64,000 nucleotides of DNA. Origin: an uncultured Candidatus Rokubacteria bacterium (GTDB lineage Bacteria > Methylomirabilota > Methylomirabilia > Rokubacteriales > CSP1-6). The notes beneath the pieces are model-generated. The model ran no database searches and was not told where the DNA came from. It was given only the letters and a program-made list of their open reading frames with translations. The stretch spans positions 32,001-96,000 of the forward strand of contig CAVWFS010000003.1 in assembly GCA_963754315.1 (NCBI GenBank), written 5' to 3'. Both the position numbers and the translations under genes were made by a program. Below are positions 11,799 through 21,182 of this stretch, piece by piece (positions within the stretch are counted from its first letter, which is position 1; every line of letters starts with the position of its first letter).

Positions 11799-13454
11799 TT
11801 GGCCGCCCGGCCCCTTCGCGGCCTCCTCCTCGGGGCGGTCGTGCTTGCCCTGATCGGCTGCCAGGGCGAGGTCGAGCGCGTGGGTGAGCGGGTGAGCGGC
11901 CGCGGCAGCGATGAGCCGGCCTACGGCGACACGTATGTCGATGCGATGCTTGGCAACATCACCGGTCTCATCCCCAACCTTACGAGCGACAACTATTCGC
12001 ACGAGGTCGGCAACCTTATCTACAACGGCTTGGTGACGTACGACCGTGACCTGAACCTCGTGGGTGACCTCGCCGAGTCGTGGACGATCAGCCCCGACTG
12101 CCGCCACCTCACGTTCCGCCTTCGGCAGGGTGTGACCTGGCACGACGGCCGCCCCTTCACGTCACGCGACGTGGTCTTCACCCAGGAGACGATGGTCCAC
12201 CCGAAGACACCGAGCGCGTACAAGGAAGACTTTCAGGCCATTGAACGCATCGAAGCCAAGGATCCCGCGACCGTCGAGATCCACTATCGGACGTCGTACG
12301 CCAAGGCTGTCCAGAGCTGGAGCATTGCCATGCTTCCGCGCCACCTGCTCGAGACGTGGGCGCTCGAGGGAAAGCTCCGGCAGTCGCCGGAGTTTCGCTC
12401 ACGACCAGTCGGGACAGGCCCGTATCGTCTCGTCGAGTGGAAGCCGGGTGAGAAAGTCGTACTGGTGGCCAACACCGCCTATTTCGAGGGCCGGCCCTAC
12501 CTCGGGCGCGTGGTCTACCGAGTCATCCCCAGCCAGGCCACCCAGTTCCTCGAGCTCAAGGCGAAGGGGATCGACGCCATGTCATTGACGGCCTTGCAAT
12601 ACAAGCGTCAGACCGACTATCCGGCCTTTCGTAAGGCCTTCAACAAATTCAAGTACGCCTCGAACGGCTACGTCTATTTCGGCCTCAATCTGAAAGACGA
12701 GCGCTTCGCCGATCGGCGCGTCCGGCACGCCTTCGCCCATGCCATCAACAAGAAGGAGCTGATCGATCATGTCATCCTCGGCCTGGGGGTGGAGGCTACC
12801 GGCCCCTTCAAGCCAGGCACCTGGGCCTTCAATCCCCACGTGACCACGTTTCGCTACGACCCGGCGCGGGCCACGGCCTTGCTGGCCGAAGCGGGCTGGA
12901 GGGAGAAGAACGGCGACGGTGTCCTGACCAGGAACGGCAAGCCGTTCACCTTCGAGCTCATCACCAATCAGGGCAACGACGAGCGCAAGAAGATCGCCGA
13001 GATCATCCAGGCGGCTCTGCGCGAGGTGGGGGTGGACGTCCAGATCCGCACCATCGAGTGGGCCACGCTCCTCAAGGAGTGGGTGCGCAAGCGGCGCTTC
13101 GAGGCCATCGTACTGGGGTGGGGCATCGGCAACGATCCCGATCAGTTCAGTATCTGGCATTCCTCCAAGACGGGCCCCGACGATTTCAACACCGTCTCCT
13201 TCGCCAATGCCGAAGTCGACGAGCTCCTGGAGAAGGGCCGGACCACGTGCGTGCAGGCCGAGCGGGCGCGCTACTATCATCGCGTCCACGAGATCCTCGC
13301 CTACGAGCAGCCCATCATCTTCCTCTACTTTCGCGATGCGCTGCCCGTGGTGACTTCACGCATCCACGGCATCGTCCCGGGACCGGCCGGTATCCGCTAC
13401 AACTTCACGGACTGGTTCGTGCCCAGGATGGAGCAGCGCTACACATCCGGCTAG
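11799..13454 (+). CDS. Peptide/nickel ABC transporter substrate-binding lipoprotein (family 5)
   Basis: Lipobox LALIGC, GDLAESW, LRQGVTWHDG, PVGTGPY, VRHAFAHAIN. TTG start after TAAGGGGG. Confidence 0.9.
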   Translation: MAARPLRGLLLGAVVLALIGCQGEVERVGERVSGRGSDEPAYGDTYVDAMLGNITGLIPNLTSDNYSHEVGNLIYNGLVTYDRDLNLVGDLAESWTISPDCRHLTFRLRQGVTWHDGRPFTSRDVVFTQETMVHPKTPSAYKEDFQAIERIEAKDPATVEIHYRTSYAKAVQSWSIAMLPRHLLETWALEGKLRQSPEFRSRPVGTGPYRLVEWKPGEKVVLVANTAYFEGRPYLGRVVYRVIPSQATQFLELKAKGIDAMSLTALQYKRQTDYPAFRKAFNKFKYASNGYVYFGLNLKDERFADRRVRHAFAHAINKKELIDHVILGLGVEATGPFKPGTWAFNPHVTTFRYDPARATALLAEAGWREKNGDGVLTRNGKPFTFELITNQGNDERKKIAEIIQAALREVGVDVQIRTIEWATLLKEWVRKRRFEAIVLGWGIGNDPDQFSIWHSSKTGPDDFNTVSFANAEVDELLEKGRTTCVQAERARYYHRVHEILAYEQPIIFLYFRDALPVVTSRIHGIVPGPAGIRYNFTDWFVPRMEQRYTSG

Positions 13455-13478
13455 CCGACACCGCCGGGCTCACGACGC

Positions 13479-13484
13479 TACAAT
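13479..13484 (+). promoter_or_regulatory. Candidate internal -10 element for permease genes
   Basis: TACAAT ends 10 nt before ATG 13495; no SD and no clear -35. Confidence 0.4.
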
Positions 13485-13494
13485 AGCGTGGCTC

Positions 13495-14484
13495 ATGCTC
13501 CTCTTCGTGCTCCGGCGCGCCCTGCTGTCGCTGCCCCTTCTGGTCGGCATCACGCTTGTCTCCTTCATCGTGATTCACCTCGCCCCCGGCGAGCCCACCG
13601 AGCTTCAGCAAGGCGACCTCAGCGCGCAGGGGAGCGCCGAGGTGCGCGCGCTTCTGCGGCAAGAGTACGGTCTCGACAAGCCGCTGGCCGTCCAGTACTG
13701 GGACTGGCTCACGAGGGTCATACGTCTCGACTTCGGGCGGTCGTTCGCGCCCGACGGACGCCCCGTGCTGGAGAAGATCAGGGAGCGGCTGCCCATCACC
13801 CTGCTTCTCAATACCATCGAGCTGATTATCATCGTGGCCATCGCTCTGCCCCTCGGGGTCGCCTCGGCCACGCGCCAGTACTCACCGTTCGACAAGTTCA
13901 CGACCGTGTTCGTGTTCCTCGGCTTCGCCACTCCTGACTTTTGGCTGGCTTTGCTCCTCATGATCCTCTTCGGAGTTCAGCTCGGCTGGCTGCCCATCTC
14001 CGGCCTGCGCTCGATGAACTGGGAATATCTGCCGGCCTGGAAGCAGCCGTGGGATCTGGTCAGCCATCTGATCCTGCCCATCGTGGTCGCGACGTTCGGT
14101 GGTCTCGCGGGATTTTCCCGCTACATGCGTCAGAGCATGCTGGAAGTCGTACGGCAGGACTTTGTGCAGACGGCACGGGCCAAGGGGCTCGCCGAGAGCG
14201 TGGTGATTGGCAAGCACGCGCTGCGCAATGCCGTCCTGCCCCTGGTGACCATCCTGGGACTGTCGTTGCCCGGGCTGATCGGTGGCAGCGTGATCGTAGA
14301 GACCATCTTCGCGATCCCCGGGATGGGACAGCTGATGGTGCAGGCGGTATTCGAACGCGACTACCCGGTCATCATGGGCAACCTCGTCATCGTGTCCGTG
14401 CTGACCCTGGCCGCCAATCTCCTGGCCGACGTCGCCTACGGGCTGGTCGATCCGCGCATCCGGGTCGCGCGGGGACGAAGGTAG
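13495..14484 (+). CDS. Peptide ABC transporter permease (OppB/DppB-like)
   Basis: LAPGEP, GLDKPLAVQY, TARAKGL (EAA loop), HALRNA, VETIFAIPGMG, DPRIR. Confidence 0.93.
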   Translation: MLLFVLRRALLSLPLLVGITLVSFIVIHLAPGEPTELQQGDLSAQGSAEVRALLRQEYGLDKPLAVQYWDWLTRVIRLDFGRSFAPDGRPVLEKIRERLPITLLLNTIELIIIVAIALPLGVASATRQYSPFDKFTTVFVFLGFATPDFWLALLLMILFGVQLGWLPISGLRSMNWEYLPAWKQPWDLVSHLILPIVVATFGGLAGFSRYMRQSMLEVVRQDFVQTARAKGLAESVVIGKHALRNAVLPLVTILGLSLPGLIGGSVIVETIFAIPGMGQLMVQAVFERDYPVIMGNLVIVSVLTLAANLLADVAYGLVDPRIRVARGRR

Positions 14485-14485
14485 G

Positions 14486-15343
14486 ATGGGCCTCTGGAAG
14501 GCGTTCGTCAGGAATCGTCTCGCCGTCATCGGGGGGGTGGTGGTGCTGGGGTTGGTGACCCTGGCCGCGCTGGCGCCGTGGTTGGCGCCATGGGATCCCA
14601 ATCGCCCCGACGTGCGCAGGACGCTCGATCCCCCCTCCGCCCAGCACTGGCTCGGCACCGACCAACTCGGCCGCGACGTCCTCTCGCGCATGCTGTACGG
14701 GGCGCGCGTCTCGCTGGCGGTCGGCTTCATCTCCGTCGGCATCGCGGCCACCATCGGGGTGCTGCTCGGAGCGGCTGCTGGCCATCACGGCGGCTTTGTC
14801 GACGCCAGCATCATGCGGGTGGTGGATCTCATGCTGGTCTTCCCGCGCTTCTTCCTGCTCCTGGCGGTCCTGGCCTTTCTGCCTCCGTCCATCTGGACGA
14901 TCATGGTCGTGATCGGACTCACAGGCTGGATGGGGGTAGCCCGTCTGGTCCGCGCTGAGTTCCTGACTCTGAAGGAACGTGAGTTCGTGATCTGGTCCCA
15001 CGCCGTCGGAGCCAGCGCGCCGCGTGTCGTTTTTCGTCACGTCCTCCCGAACGCCATGGGCCCGGTGCTGGTCGCCATGACCCTCGGCATTCCCGCCGCG
15101 ATTCTGACCGAGTCCGGATTGTCGTTCCTGGGGCTAGGCGTGCAGCCCCCGTACGCCACGTGGGGCAATATCCTGAACGAAGGCAAGGACGCGATCGAGA
15201 TTGCCTGGTGGTTGTCGGTCTACCCCGGCCTCGCCATCCTGATCACCGTGCTCTCCTACAACCTCCTCGGGGAAGGGGTACGCGATGCGCTCGATCCCCG
15301 CCTCCGCCAGGTGACTGGTCGATTTGGGCGGCGCGACGCATAA
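14486..15343 (+). CDS. Peptide ABC transporter permease (OppC/DppC-like)
   Basis: [47 protein letters not shown]. Confidence 0.93.
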   Translation: MGLWKAFVRNRLAVIGGVVVLGLVTLAALAPWLAPWDPNRPDVRRTLDPPSAQHWLGTDQLGRDVLSRMLYGARVSLAVGFISVGIAATIGVLLGAAAGHHGGFVDASIMRVVDLMLVFPRFFLLLAVLAFLPPSIWTIMVVIGLTGWMGVARLVRAEFLTLKEREFVIWSHAVGASAPRVVFRHVLPNAMGPVLVAMTLGIPAAILTESGLSFLGLGVQPPYATWGNILNEGKDAIEIAWWLSVYPGLAILITVLSYNLLGEGVRDALDPRLRQVTGRFGRRDA

Positions 15344-15376
15344 GGTATACTCAAAAACTCGCTCGACCCTTGGTGA

Positions 15377-15461
<85 letters not shown>

Positions 15462-15466
15462 GTTGG

Positions 15467-15765
15467 ACATGGGGAACCCTAGAAGGGTTCCCCAAACCCC
15501 TCCGGCGCTCGCGGCGCCCCGGGGGACCCGGGGCGCCGCTCGGGTCGTACGCGTGCGCGTCGGGGACCCTGGGAGGGTCCACCAAACCTCTCTGGCTCGC
15601 AGGACCCGGGCGCCGCTCGGGTGTACGCGTGCGCGTTGGGGACCCTGGGAGGGTCCACCAAACCTCTCTGGCTCGCAGGACCCGGGGCGCCGCTCGGGTG
15701 TACGCGTGCGCGTTGGGAGGCTAGGAGGGTCCACGAAAACCTCCGGCGCTCGGTCGTGCGCCTCG
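15467..15765. repeat. Tandem array of ~76-bp palindromic units (about 3.5 copies)
   Basis: Units at 15471, 15562, 15638 and 15715 (partial). Units 2 and 3 differ by one G. Unit 1 has two full hairpins. Confidence 0.9.
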
Positions 15766-15834
15766 AACACACGTGCGTGCTCCGTGCCGGGGGACGCTCG
15801 TGGCATAATGAAGGAGTTCGAGCGCGAGACTTCG

Positions 15835-16746
15835 ATGCCGATGACGGTGCCACTTCCCGTGATCCAGCCCGGAGCGCTCCCCGAGGGCCGCAAGCCGCCT
15901 TGGCTCAAAGTGCGTGCCCCCGGGGGAGCGAACTACATGCGGCTCAAGCAGCGAATGCGGGAATGGAACCTTCACTCCGTGTGCGAGGAGGCGCACTGTC
16001 CCAACATCGGTGAGTGCTGGGAGGAGGCCACGGCAACCTTCATGATCCTGGGCGACGTTTGCACGCGAAACTGCGGCTACTGCGCCATCGCCCACGGTCG
16101 CCCGGCTTGGGAGGACCGCGAGGAGCCTGAGCGGATCGGCCGTGCCGTGGCCGACCTCGCCCTCGACTACGTGGTCATCACCTCCGTGAACCGCGACGAT
16201 CTTGCCGACGGTGGGGCTGCGCACTGGGCAGCGACCATCCGGGCTGTCCGCCGCCATGCTCCTCATTGCCGACTGGAAACCTTGATCCCGGATTTCCAGG
16301 GGCTGCCCGATTCGCTCGGGGCCGTCATCGAGGCCGGACCCGACGTCCTCAATCACAACACCGAGACGGTTCCGCGACTGTACAAGATCGCCCGGCACGG
16401 AGGCCGCTATGCGCGTGCCCTGGAGTTGTTCCGGCAGGCCCGCGTTGCTGCGCCAGAACTGCTCACGAAATCGGGGCTCATCCTCGGTCTGGGGGAGACG
16501 CGGGACGAGGTGGTGGCAACACTCAGGGATCTGCGGCAGGTAGACGTCAACATCATCACGCTCGGTCAGTATCTGCGGCCCTCGGCGCAACATTTGCCTG
16601 TGTCGAAGTACTACCACCCCGACGAGTTCGCGGAGCTGGCCGCCATCGGCCGTGCGCTCGGCTTCGCGCATGTCGAGGCCGGGCCCCTCGTGCGGAGCTC
16701 CTACCACGCCAAGCGCCAGACGCGCGACGCCGAGATGCCGCGATGA
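15835..16746 (+). CDS. lipA: Lipoyl synthase (start approximate)
   Basis: [28 protein letters not shown] (radical SAM), NHNTETV, GQYLRPS, RSSY. Confidence 0.97.
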   Translation: MPMTVPLPVIQPGALPEGRKPPWLKVRAPGGANYMRLKQRMREWNLHSVCEEAHCPNIGECWEEATATFMILGDVCTRNCGYCAIAHGRPAWEDREEPERIGRAVADLALDYVVITSVNRDDLADGGAAHWAATIRAVRRHAPHCRLETLIPDFQGLPDSLGAVIEAGPDVLNHNTETVPRLYKIARHGGRYARALELFRQARVAAPELLTKSGLILGLGETRDEVVATLRDLRQVDVNIITLGQYLRPSAQHLPVSKYYHPDEFAELAAIGRALGFAHVEAGPLVRSSYHAKRQTRDAEMPR

Positions 16747-16783
16747 TCACCCCTCGAAACGAGCGTGAGGGAGGCGCCTTGCC

Positions 16784-17149
16784 GTGACCACCCCGTTTGC
16801 CGAGTACGCGGCCATCCTGATGGTCTTCGCCTTTGCCGCGGTGGTCGCGGGGGCTCTGCTCTTCATCCCGACCCTGATCGCGCCACGCCGTCTCAGCCCG
16901 GTGAAGGCGGAGCCCTTCGAGTGCGGCAAAGACGCCATCGGGGTGTCGGAGGGGCGATTCGCCATCAAGTTCTCGACGATCGCCATCTTCTTCATCATCA
17001 TCGACATCGAGCTGCTCTTCGTGTGGCCCTGGGCCATGCTCTACCGTAAGCTCGGCGCCTTCGGCTTTCTCGAGATGCTGGTCTTTCTGGGAATTTTGAT
17101 GTTTGGGTTCGGCTACGTGTGGCGAAAGGGCGGGTTGGCATGGGAGTAG
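16784..17149 (+). CDS. nuoA: NADH-quinone oxidoreductase subunit A
   Basis: [25 protein letters not shown]. Confidence 0.95.
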   Translation: MTTPFAEYAAILMVFAFAAVVAGALLFIPTLIAPRRLSPVKAEPFECGKDAIGVSEGRFAIKFSTIAIFFIIIDIELLFVWPWAMLYRKLGAFGFLEMLVFLGILMFGFGYVWRKGGLAWE

Positions 17150-17598
17150 GTAGCTTCTTCACAGCGAAGCTCGACGAGGCAATCGGCTGGGCGCGGAAGT
17201 ACTCCATCTTCCAGTATCCCTTCGTCACCGCCTGCTGCGGGATGGAGTACATGGCCACCGCCTGCTCGCACTATGACGTTGATCGCTTCGGAGCCGGGCT
17301 GCCGCGCTTTTCTCCGCGCCAGGCCGACGTGCTCTTCGTGGTGGGGACCATCAGCCACAAGATGGCGCCCGTTCTCAAGCGTATTTACGACCAGATGACC
17401 GAGCCCAAGTGGGTGGTGGCCTTCGGCGTGTGCACGTGCACGGGCGGCTTCTACAACAACTACGCGACCGTGCAGGGGATCGATACCATCATCCCGGTCG
17501 ACGTCTACATTCCCGGCTGCCCACCCCGCCCCGAGAGCGTCATCGACGGTCTCATGAAACTGCAGGACAAGATCGCCGTCAGCGCCCAGCGGTTCTGA
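17140..17598 (+). CDS. nuoB: NADH-quinone oxidoreductase subunit B
   Basis: TACCGME (N2 tandem Cys), [30 protein letters not shown]. Confidence 0.97.
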   Translation: MGVGSFFTAKLDEAIGWARKYSIFQYPFVTACCGMEYMATACSHYDVDRFGAGLPRFSPRQADVLFVVGTISHKMAPVLKRIYDQMTEPKWVVAFGVCTCTGGFYNNYATVQGIDTIIPVDVYIPGCPPRPESVIDGLMKLQDKIAVSAQRF

Positions 17599-17604
17599 GG
17601 GCAC

Positions 17605-18108
17605 GTGACGACGTCCTCCTCTCCCATCCTCGCTCGCCTGCAGGAGCGGTTCCCCTCCCATCTCATGCAGAGTCACGCCGACCGTGGCGAGCCCACCGTG
17701 GTGGCGACACGCGAGGGCCTGCTCGACGTGCTCCGGTTCGCCCGAGATGATAGAGAACTGGCCTTCGACATGCTGATGGATCTCACTGCGGTGGACTATC
17801 TCAAGTACCCCGGGCGGGAAGACGGCCCCCGCTTTGATGTCGTCTACCAGCTGTACTCGCTCCGGCACAATCACCGCCTGCGGGTCAAGGTGCGGGTCGA
17901 CGAGGATGATGCGGTGGTACCCACCGTGGTGCCGCTCTGGGCCATCGCGAACTGGCTGGAGCGTGAGGTGTGGGACATGTTCGGGATCCGCTTCGAGGGT
18001 CACCCTGATCTGCGTCGACTGCTCATGTACGAGGAGTTCGTCGGGTACCCGCTGCGCAAGGACTATCCGATCGATCGACGGCAGCCGCTCATCGGCCCCA
18101 AGGTCTGA
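17605..18108 (+). CDS. nuoC: NADH-quinone oxidoreductase subunit C
   Basis: WLEREVWDMFGIRFEGHPDLRRLLMYEEFVGYPLRKDYP. Confidence 0.96.
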   Translation: MTTSSSPILARLQERFPSHLMQSHADRGEPTVVATREGLLDVLRFARDDRELAFDMLMDLTAVDYLKYPGREDGPRFDVVYQLYSLRHNHRLRVKVRVDEDDAVVPTVVPLWAIANWLEREVWDMFGIRFEGHPDLRRLLMYEEFVGYPLRKDYPIDRRQPLIGPKV

Positions 18109-18109
18109 C

Positions 18110-19483
18110 GTGGCTGCCACCAAGGTTCGCGAGTTCATGCTGGGGGAGGGAGGGGGCACCGGCGGCGGCAGGGAAAATCTCACCGTCGGCGTCGGCCCGG
18201 CCCATCCCGCCATGCATGGGATCATCCGCATCGTGGCCGAGCTGGACGGCGAGACCTTGGTGAAAGCCGATGTGGAGATCGGCTATCTCCACCGTGCCTT
18301 CGAGAAGGACTGCGAGGTGGGAGGCTGGAACAACGCAATTCCCTACACGGACCGGCTCAACTACGTCTCCCCGCTCATCAACAACTTCGCCTATGCCGCC
18401 GCCGTCGAGAAGCTCCTCGGCATCGAGGTCACCGAACGCTGCCAGTACATTCGTGTGATCATGAGCGAGATCTCAAGAATCTGCGATCACCTCACCTGCG
18501 TGGGCGCCTCCGCCATGGAGCTTGGCGCCTTCACGGTCTTCCTCTACATGATCAAGGCCCGGGAGTACCTGTGGGAACTGGTGGAGGACGTGACCGGAGC
18601 GCGCCTTACCATCTCCTACGGTCGGGTGGGGGGCGTCAAGGCCGATCTTCCCGAAGGCTTCGCGGACAAGGTCAAGAAGGCGTTCGGCGAGGTGCGGGAC
18701 GTACTGCGCGAGGTGCACCGCCTGCTCACCGGCAGCCGGATCTTCATGGACCGCATGGTTGGGATTGGAGCCCTCAGCCGGGAGGAAACCATCGCGTACG
18801 CGATCACCGGTCCGCTCCTGCGCGCGGTGGGCGTCGCCTACGACGTTCGCAAGGCGCAGCCGCACTGGGCTTACCCCCGACTGGATTTCGAGATCCCGAC
18901 CCAGAAGGACGGCGACAACTACGCCCGCTACCTGGTCCGCATGGCGGAGATGGAACAGTCCATGCGCATTGCCGAGCAGGCGCTGGCCACCCTGCCCGGG
19001 GGGGCCATCAACGTGGACTTCGAAGGTCGCGCCATCGATCCCGCCTCCTACGTGGATCGCGGGAAGCAGGGCAAGACCGACGGGCTCCTCCTGATCCCCA
19101 TCTCCTTGTCGCCCAACCTCCAGGGGCAGGATCGAGGGGCCTTGGAGAGGGTGAACGTCCGTGACAAGCGCGTGGTGCTGCCCTCGAAGAACGATGCGTA
19201 CGGCTCGATCGAGGGCCTGATGAATCACTTCATGCTGATCATGGAGGGCTACGGTATCCGCCCGCCGGCAGGCGAGGCGTACTTCTCCACGGAGGGCGCC
19301 AACGGCGAGCTGGGTTTTTACGTCGTCTCCGACGGCGGCGACCGACCGTATCGGGTACGGTGTCGTCCGCCTTGCCTGCCGCCGATGGCCGCGCTGCACC
19401 GGATGATCGAGGGTGAAATGGTCGCCGATCTGATCCCGACCTTCGGCTCCGTCAACATGATCGGGGGCGAGCTCGATCGATGA
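18110..19483 (+). CDS. nuoD: NADH-quinone oxidoreductase subunit D (with ~48-aa insertion)
   Basis: GPAHPAMHG, GYLHRAFEK, DRLNY, EGANGELG, GELDR C-terminus; no NiFe CxxC pair. Confidence 0.96.
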   Translation: MAATKVREFMLGEGGGTGGGRENLTVGVGPAHPAMHGIIRIVAELDGETLVKADVEIGYLHRAFEKDCEVGGWNNAIPYTDRLNYVSPLINNFAYAAAVEKLLGIEVTERCQYIRVIMSEISRICDHLTCVGASAMELGAFTVFLYMIKAREYLWELVEDVTGARLTISYGRVGGVKADLPEGFADKVKKAFGEVRDVLREVHRLLTGSRIFMDRMVGIGALSREETIAYAITGPLLRAVGVAYDVRKAQPHWAYPRLDFEIPTQKDGDNYARYLVRMAEMEQSMRIAEQALATLPGGAINVDFEGRAIDPASYVDRGKQGKTDGLLLIPISLSPNLQGQDRGALERVNVRDKRVVLPSKNDAYGSIEGLMNHFMLIMEGYGIRPPAGEAYFSTEGANGELGFYVVSDGGDRPYRVRCRPPCLPPMAALHRMIEGEMVADLIPTFGSVNMIGGELDR

Positions 19484-19956
19484 CGGCGATCGCCTTCTCG
19501 GAGGAGCAGCTGGCCGAGGTTCGTCGCCTCCAGAGCCTCTATCCTGACCCGCGAGGGGCCCTCTTACCAGTCCTGCACATGGCGCAGGAGACCTTCGGGC
19601 ACGTGCCGCTCGAGGCAGAGGAGTACGTGGCGGCCCTCTTTGGGCTGGCGCCCGCGCACGTCCACGAGGTGGTGACGTTCTACACGCTGTACTTTCGGGA
19701 GCCTCCGGGGCGTCACGTGATCTCGGTGTGCCAGAACCTCTCCTGCCACCTGGCGGGGGCCCCTCGCATTCTCGCCCATCTGCAAGAGCGGCTCGGGATC
19801 ACGGTGGGGGAGACCATGCACGACGGGCGTGTGACCTTGCTGGCCGTGGAATGCCTGTGCGCGTGTGAGCATGCGCCGATGGCGCAGGTGGACGACCGCT
19901 ACGAGATGGACCTCACGCCGGAGAAGATCGATCGTCTCCTCGAGGGCCTCAGGTGA
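19480..19956 (+). CDS. nuoE: NADH-quinone oxidoreductase subunit E
   Basis: VVTFYT, CQNLSC, ECLCACEHAP 2Fe-2S ligands. Confidence 0.95.
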   Translation: MTAIAFSEEQLAEVRRLQSLYPDPRGALLPVLHMAQETFGHVPLEAEEYVAALFGLAPAHVHEVVTFYTLYFREPPGRHVISVCQNLSCHLAGAPRILAHLQERLGITVGETMHDGRVTLLAVECLCACEHAPMAQVDDRYEMDLTPEKIDRLLEGLR

Positions 19957-21179
19957 GCACCGAGCGGCTCCTGACCCGCAACTTCGATCGACCAGGGTCC
20001 CACACCTTGGCCGTCTATCGGGAGACTGGCGGCTACACAGCCATGGAGCGAGCGCGGGCCATGGAGCCGACCGCCATCATCGAGGTGGTCAAGACGTCGA
20101 ATCTGCGAGGTCTGGGCGGCGCCGGCTTCCCCACCGGGACGAAGTGGTCATTCATCCCCAAGAACCACACGGGACCGGTGTATCTCGTGGTCAACGCCGA
20201 CGAGGGCGAGCCCGGGACGTTCAAGGACCGCTATCTGCTCGAGCGCGATCCTCACGCGCTCATCGAGGGAATGCTGATCGCGGCTCGGGCCATCCGATCC
20301 CGGCTGGGTTTCGTGTACATCCGGGGTGAGTACGTCGAGCCGTGGCGTCGCTTCCGGGGCGCCGTGCAGGAAGCCTACGCGGCCGGTCTGCTCGGCGGCG
20401 ACTTCGACATCGTGGTCCATCGGGGAGCTGGCGCCTATATTTGCGGGGAGGAAACGGGGCTCATCTCCTCGCTCGAGGGCAAGAAGGGCTGGCCCAAGCT
20501 CAAGCCCCCGTTCCCCGCCATCAAGGGGGCCTTTGGCGCTCCCACCATCGTGAACAACGTGGAAACGCTCTGTCACATCCCCCACATCATCAACCGTGGC
20601 GGTGAATGGTTCGCCGCGCTTGGCACCAAGACCCAGGGCGGGACCCGGATCTACTCCGTGTCTGGGCGGGTGAAGCGCCCGGCAATCTACGAGACGCCCG
20701 TGAGTGTCACCTTGCGCCAGCTCATCTACGACCATGCGGGCGGTGTCACCGGGAACGGACGCCTGAAGGCGGTGGTGCCGGGCGGTTCCTCGGCCGCCAT
20801 TCTCACTGCCGACCAGATCGACGTGACGATGGACGTGGATGGTCTGCGCAATGCAGGCTCGATGATCGGCTCGGCCGGGGTCGTCGTCATGGATGAGACC
20901 GTATCGATTCCGGAGGCCCTCCTGGTGGTGGCCCGCTTTTACGCGCACGAGAGCTGCGGCCAGTGCACCCCCTGTCGAGAGTCCACCGGCTGGATCTACA
21001 AGATGGTCCACCGGATCGTGGACGGACACGGACGCAAGGAAGATCTGGACACCATCGTCGACGTGGCCCGCCGGGGCGCCGGCACGACCATCTGTGCCTT
21101 CTACGACGGGGCAGTGGGGCCGTACATCTCCTACGTCGAGAAGTTTCGATCCGAATTCGAGAGCCTGCTCGCGCACTAG
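19953..21179 (+). CDS. nuoF: NADH-quinone oxidoreductase subunit F
   Basis: LRGLGGAGFPTG, NADEGEPGTFKD, GAYICGEET, ESCGQCTPCRE...TIC. Confidence 0.97.
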   Translation: MSTERLLTRNFDRPGSHTLAVYRETGGYTAMERARAMEPTAIIEVVKTSNLRGLGGAGFPTGTKWSFIPKNHTGPVYLVVNADEGEPGTFKDRYLLERDPHALIEGMLIAARAIRSRLGFVYIRGEYVEPWRRFRGAVQEAYAAGLLGGDFDIVVHRGAGAYICGEETGLISSLEGKKGWPKLKPPFPAIKGAFGAPTIVNNVETLCHIPHIINRGGEWFAALGTKTQGGTRIYSVSGRVKRPAIYETPVSVTLRQLIYDHAGGVTGNGRLKAVVPGGSSAAILTADQIDVTMDVDGLRNAGSMIGSAGVVVMDETVSIPEALLVVARFYAHESCGQCTPCRESTGWIYKMVHRIVDGHGRKEDLDTIVDVARRGAGTTICAFYDGAVGPYISYVEKFRSEFESLLAH

Positions 21180-21182
21180 CCC

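Noticed and set aside
15467..15765. CRISPR array
   Set aside because: Whole units repeat with no unique spacers, and no cas genes are in the window.
18110..19483. Group 4 NiFe hydrogenase large subunit
   Set aside because: No N- or C-terminal CxxC nickel ligands, ends GELDR, and sits with nuoEFG.
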